Below are positions 62,176 to 64,000 of a DNA stretch of 64,000 nucleotides, in pieces. The notes under the pieces were generated by a model. The model was not told the origin of the DNA. It was given only the letters and a program-made list of their open reading frames with translations, and did no database searches. Made by a program: the position numbers and the translations under genes. Location: NCBI RefSeq assembly GCF_001194135.2, contig NC_068986.1:4092376-4156375 (forward strand). Direction: 5' to 3'. Every line of letters begins with the position of its first letter. Positions within the stretch are counted from its first letter, which is position 1. This DNA is from Octopus bimaculoides. Taxonomy: Eukaryota.

Positions 62176-63545
62176 ATGTGTATTTAGAATTCATTTAGAA
62201 TTCACCAAGTAAAAAATATTAATTGTCCTTGTTATAATCTAAAATTTGTTATAAATTTAGATTTTTGTTATTGCTGTTGTTGTTGTTGTTATAAACAAAA
62301 AGAATTTGCCTTCCGAATAATCTGAAACTTTGGAATGACAAAAATTGATTTGAAATAATAATTGCTCATAAGAATCAATGATTCTGCTTTTAATCATTGT
62401 AACAGCAGCGGATAAGTCCAAGACTGTGAGGTCCATTAAAGTATTAAACATAGTCTTCGGAGAGAATCTATTATTCATTCAGGCACATTTAAGTAGATTG
62501 GGAATAATTCCAATATTAGCAAAGCTCTTCAGATAATATCTGTATATGAATGAAAATTCAGCTTCATTCTAAAGATTTTCAAGCTAAAACATAAACCTCT
62601 GTTTAAGTTACACTTCATTTCATTTTACCTTTTAATATTTCCTCACTTTCTCATGCACACTTTTTATAGCTTACAAAACAGCTTTCTTCCAGAATTTTCA
62701 GCAGAACATTTGCATGTTATCAATATGGAATATATTATTTGGAATATATTCTTTTTATCTTCATAAAGAAATATGACAATCTTCAAATGAATATAGCTGC
62801 TGCTGAAAGGAATTTTTTCTTACTTCTTGAATGGGAAGAAACTACCATCTCTTCATTTTTAGATTTCTGTTATGTTGCCAATAGTTGCCTTAATGTTAAA
62901 TAAAAATATATATGAGAAGTCGATGTTTATGTACACAAATGAGTATAACTGCTTACGTTTGTGTTAATGTTGGTTAGACCCAGGGAATCCTTGAAAGAGC
63001 AAAACTATGATCAAAGACATTCCATTTTTTGTTACCTTGCCATTTCTTTTATCAGGCATTATGCATCTAGGACTACATTATCCAATGTGTATAGCAAGGT
63101 ATGATATGAGGTAAATAAGGTTGTTGTTTCAAGTAGATGAAGTAATCAAGTAAAGGATGCCTTGTTGTTTAATGTTGTTGTTGATAGTTAATTGTAGTCT
63201 GAACTTGATTGAGTAAAACTACGATCAAAAGTGTTCCAACCATGACCATTCCACTTTTATTCAAATAATATGCACCCAGAAAAAACATTATTCAAAACAG
63301 TAGGATGTGATATGAAAGGGATTTGGTTACTATTTCCAACAAGTCAAGAAGCTGCATACAGACGTCTTAAGGGTGGTAGATGAAAGCATTGATAGAATAA
63401 TGGACAAAATGTCTTTCCTTTATGTTTTGGGCTAAAGTTCTTCCTGTCAACTTTGCTTCCCATCATTAAAAAATAGTACTAGTAACATACTGGAGTTCAA
63501 TTTGATCATCCATACACCTTTACTAAAAAGAAATCATGATCTTGA

Positions 63546-64000
63546 ATCATCATCATCATCATCATCGTTTAACGTCCGCTTTCCATGCTAGCATGGGTTG
63601 GACGATTTGACTGAGGACTGGCGAACCAGATGGCTACACCAGGCTACAATCTGATTTGGCAGAGTTTCTACAGCTGGATGCCCTTCTTAATGCCAACCAC
63701 TCCGAGAGTGTAGTGGTTGCTTTTACGTGCCACCAACACGGAGGCCAGTCAGGCGGTACTGGCAACGGCCACACTCGAAATGGTGTATTTTACATGCCAC
63801 CTGCGCAGGAGCAAGTCCAGCGGCACTGTCAATGACCTCGCTTGAATGTTTTTTCATGTGCCACCGGCACAAGTGCCAGTAAGGCGATGCTGGTAACGAT
63901 CATGCTCAAATGGTGCTATTTACGTACCACTGGCACGGAAGCCAGACAGCTGCTCTGGCAATGATCACACTCGGACAGTGCTCTTAGCACTCCACTGGTA
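63546..64000 (-). mobile_element. RTE-type 3' UTR with ~65-70-bp internal tandem repeats and (GAT)n tail
   Basis: Homologous to 54950-55230; repeated tt(t)acgtgccac...ggca..ga unit. Continues past the window end. Confidence 0.8.

Noticed and set aside
62257-62478. ORF with an LRR-like stretch (FNTLMDLTVLDLS)
   Set aside because: Lacks the conserved Asn, has an in-frame stop just upstream, is a single repeat and has no convincing splice sites.

Overview
AT-rich, microsatellite-dense, gap-containing eukaryotic DNA. The SINE, LINE and microsatellite repertoire looks like a coleoid cephalopod (octopus) short-read scaffold; this is inference, as no search was run. I found no supportable host exon, genuine RNA gene or CRISPR array. 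The window is almost entirely decayed mobile elements: a near full-length Tx1/L1-type LINE (~10.1-15.6 kb, minus), several R4/Dong LINEs in (AAT)n tracts, three RTE fragments, a CR1-like LINE, two CRE-like remnants, two Penelope-like (PLE) families, Gypsy pol/LTR remnants, five mariner pieces plus a DD41D-type remnant, MITEs, Helitron-like elements and more than 20 tRNA-derived SINE copies. The most unusual signals are non-coding. (1) A Penelope 3' terminal region carries a tRNA-like Pol III cassette, an (AAT)n spacer and a minimal hammerhead ribozyme (three copies). (2) A second PLE tail carries a hammerhead fold with a CUGUUGA variant core in both copies. (3) A defective Penelope is duplicated head-to-head as a ~2.1-kb inverted repeat. 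(4) A ~555-bp headless element occurs three times, always in (AAT)n next to R4/Dong LINEs. (5) A ~395-bp element has asymmetric inverted repeats and twin hairpins with a compensatory change. (6) An RTE LINE ends in three C2H2-type fingers. Boundaries were read by eye and are approximate unless a TSD or TIR is quoted.
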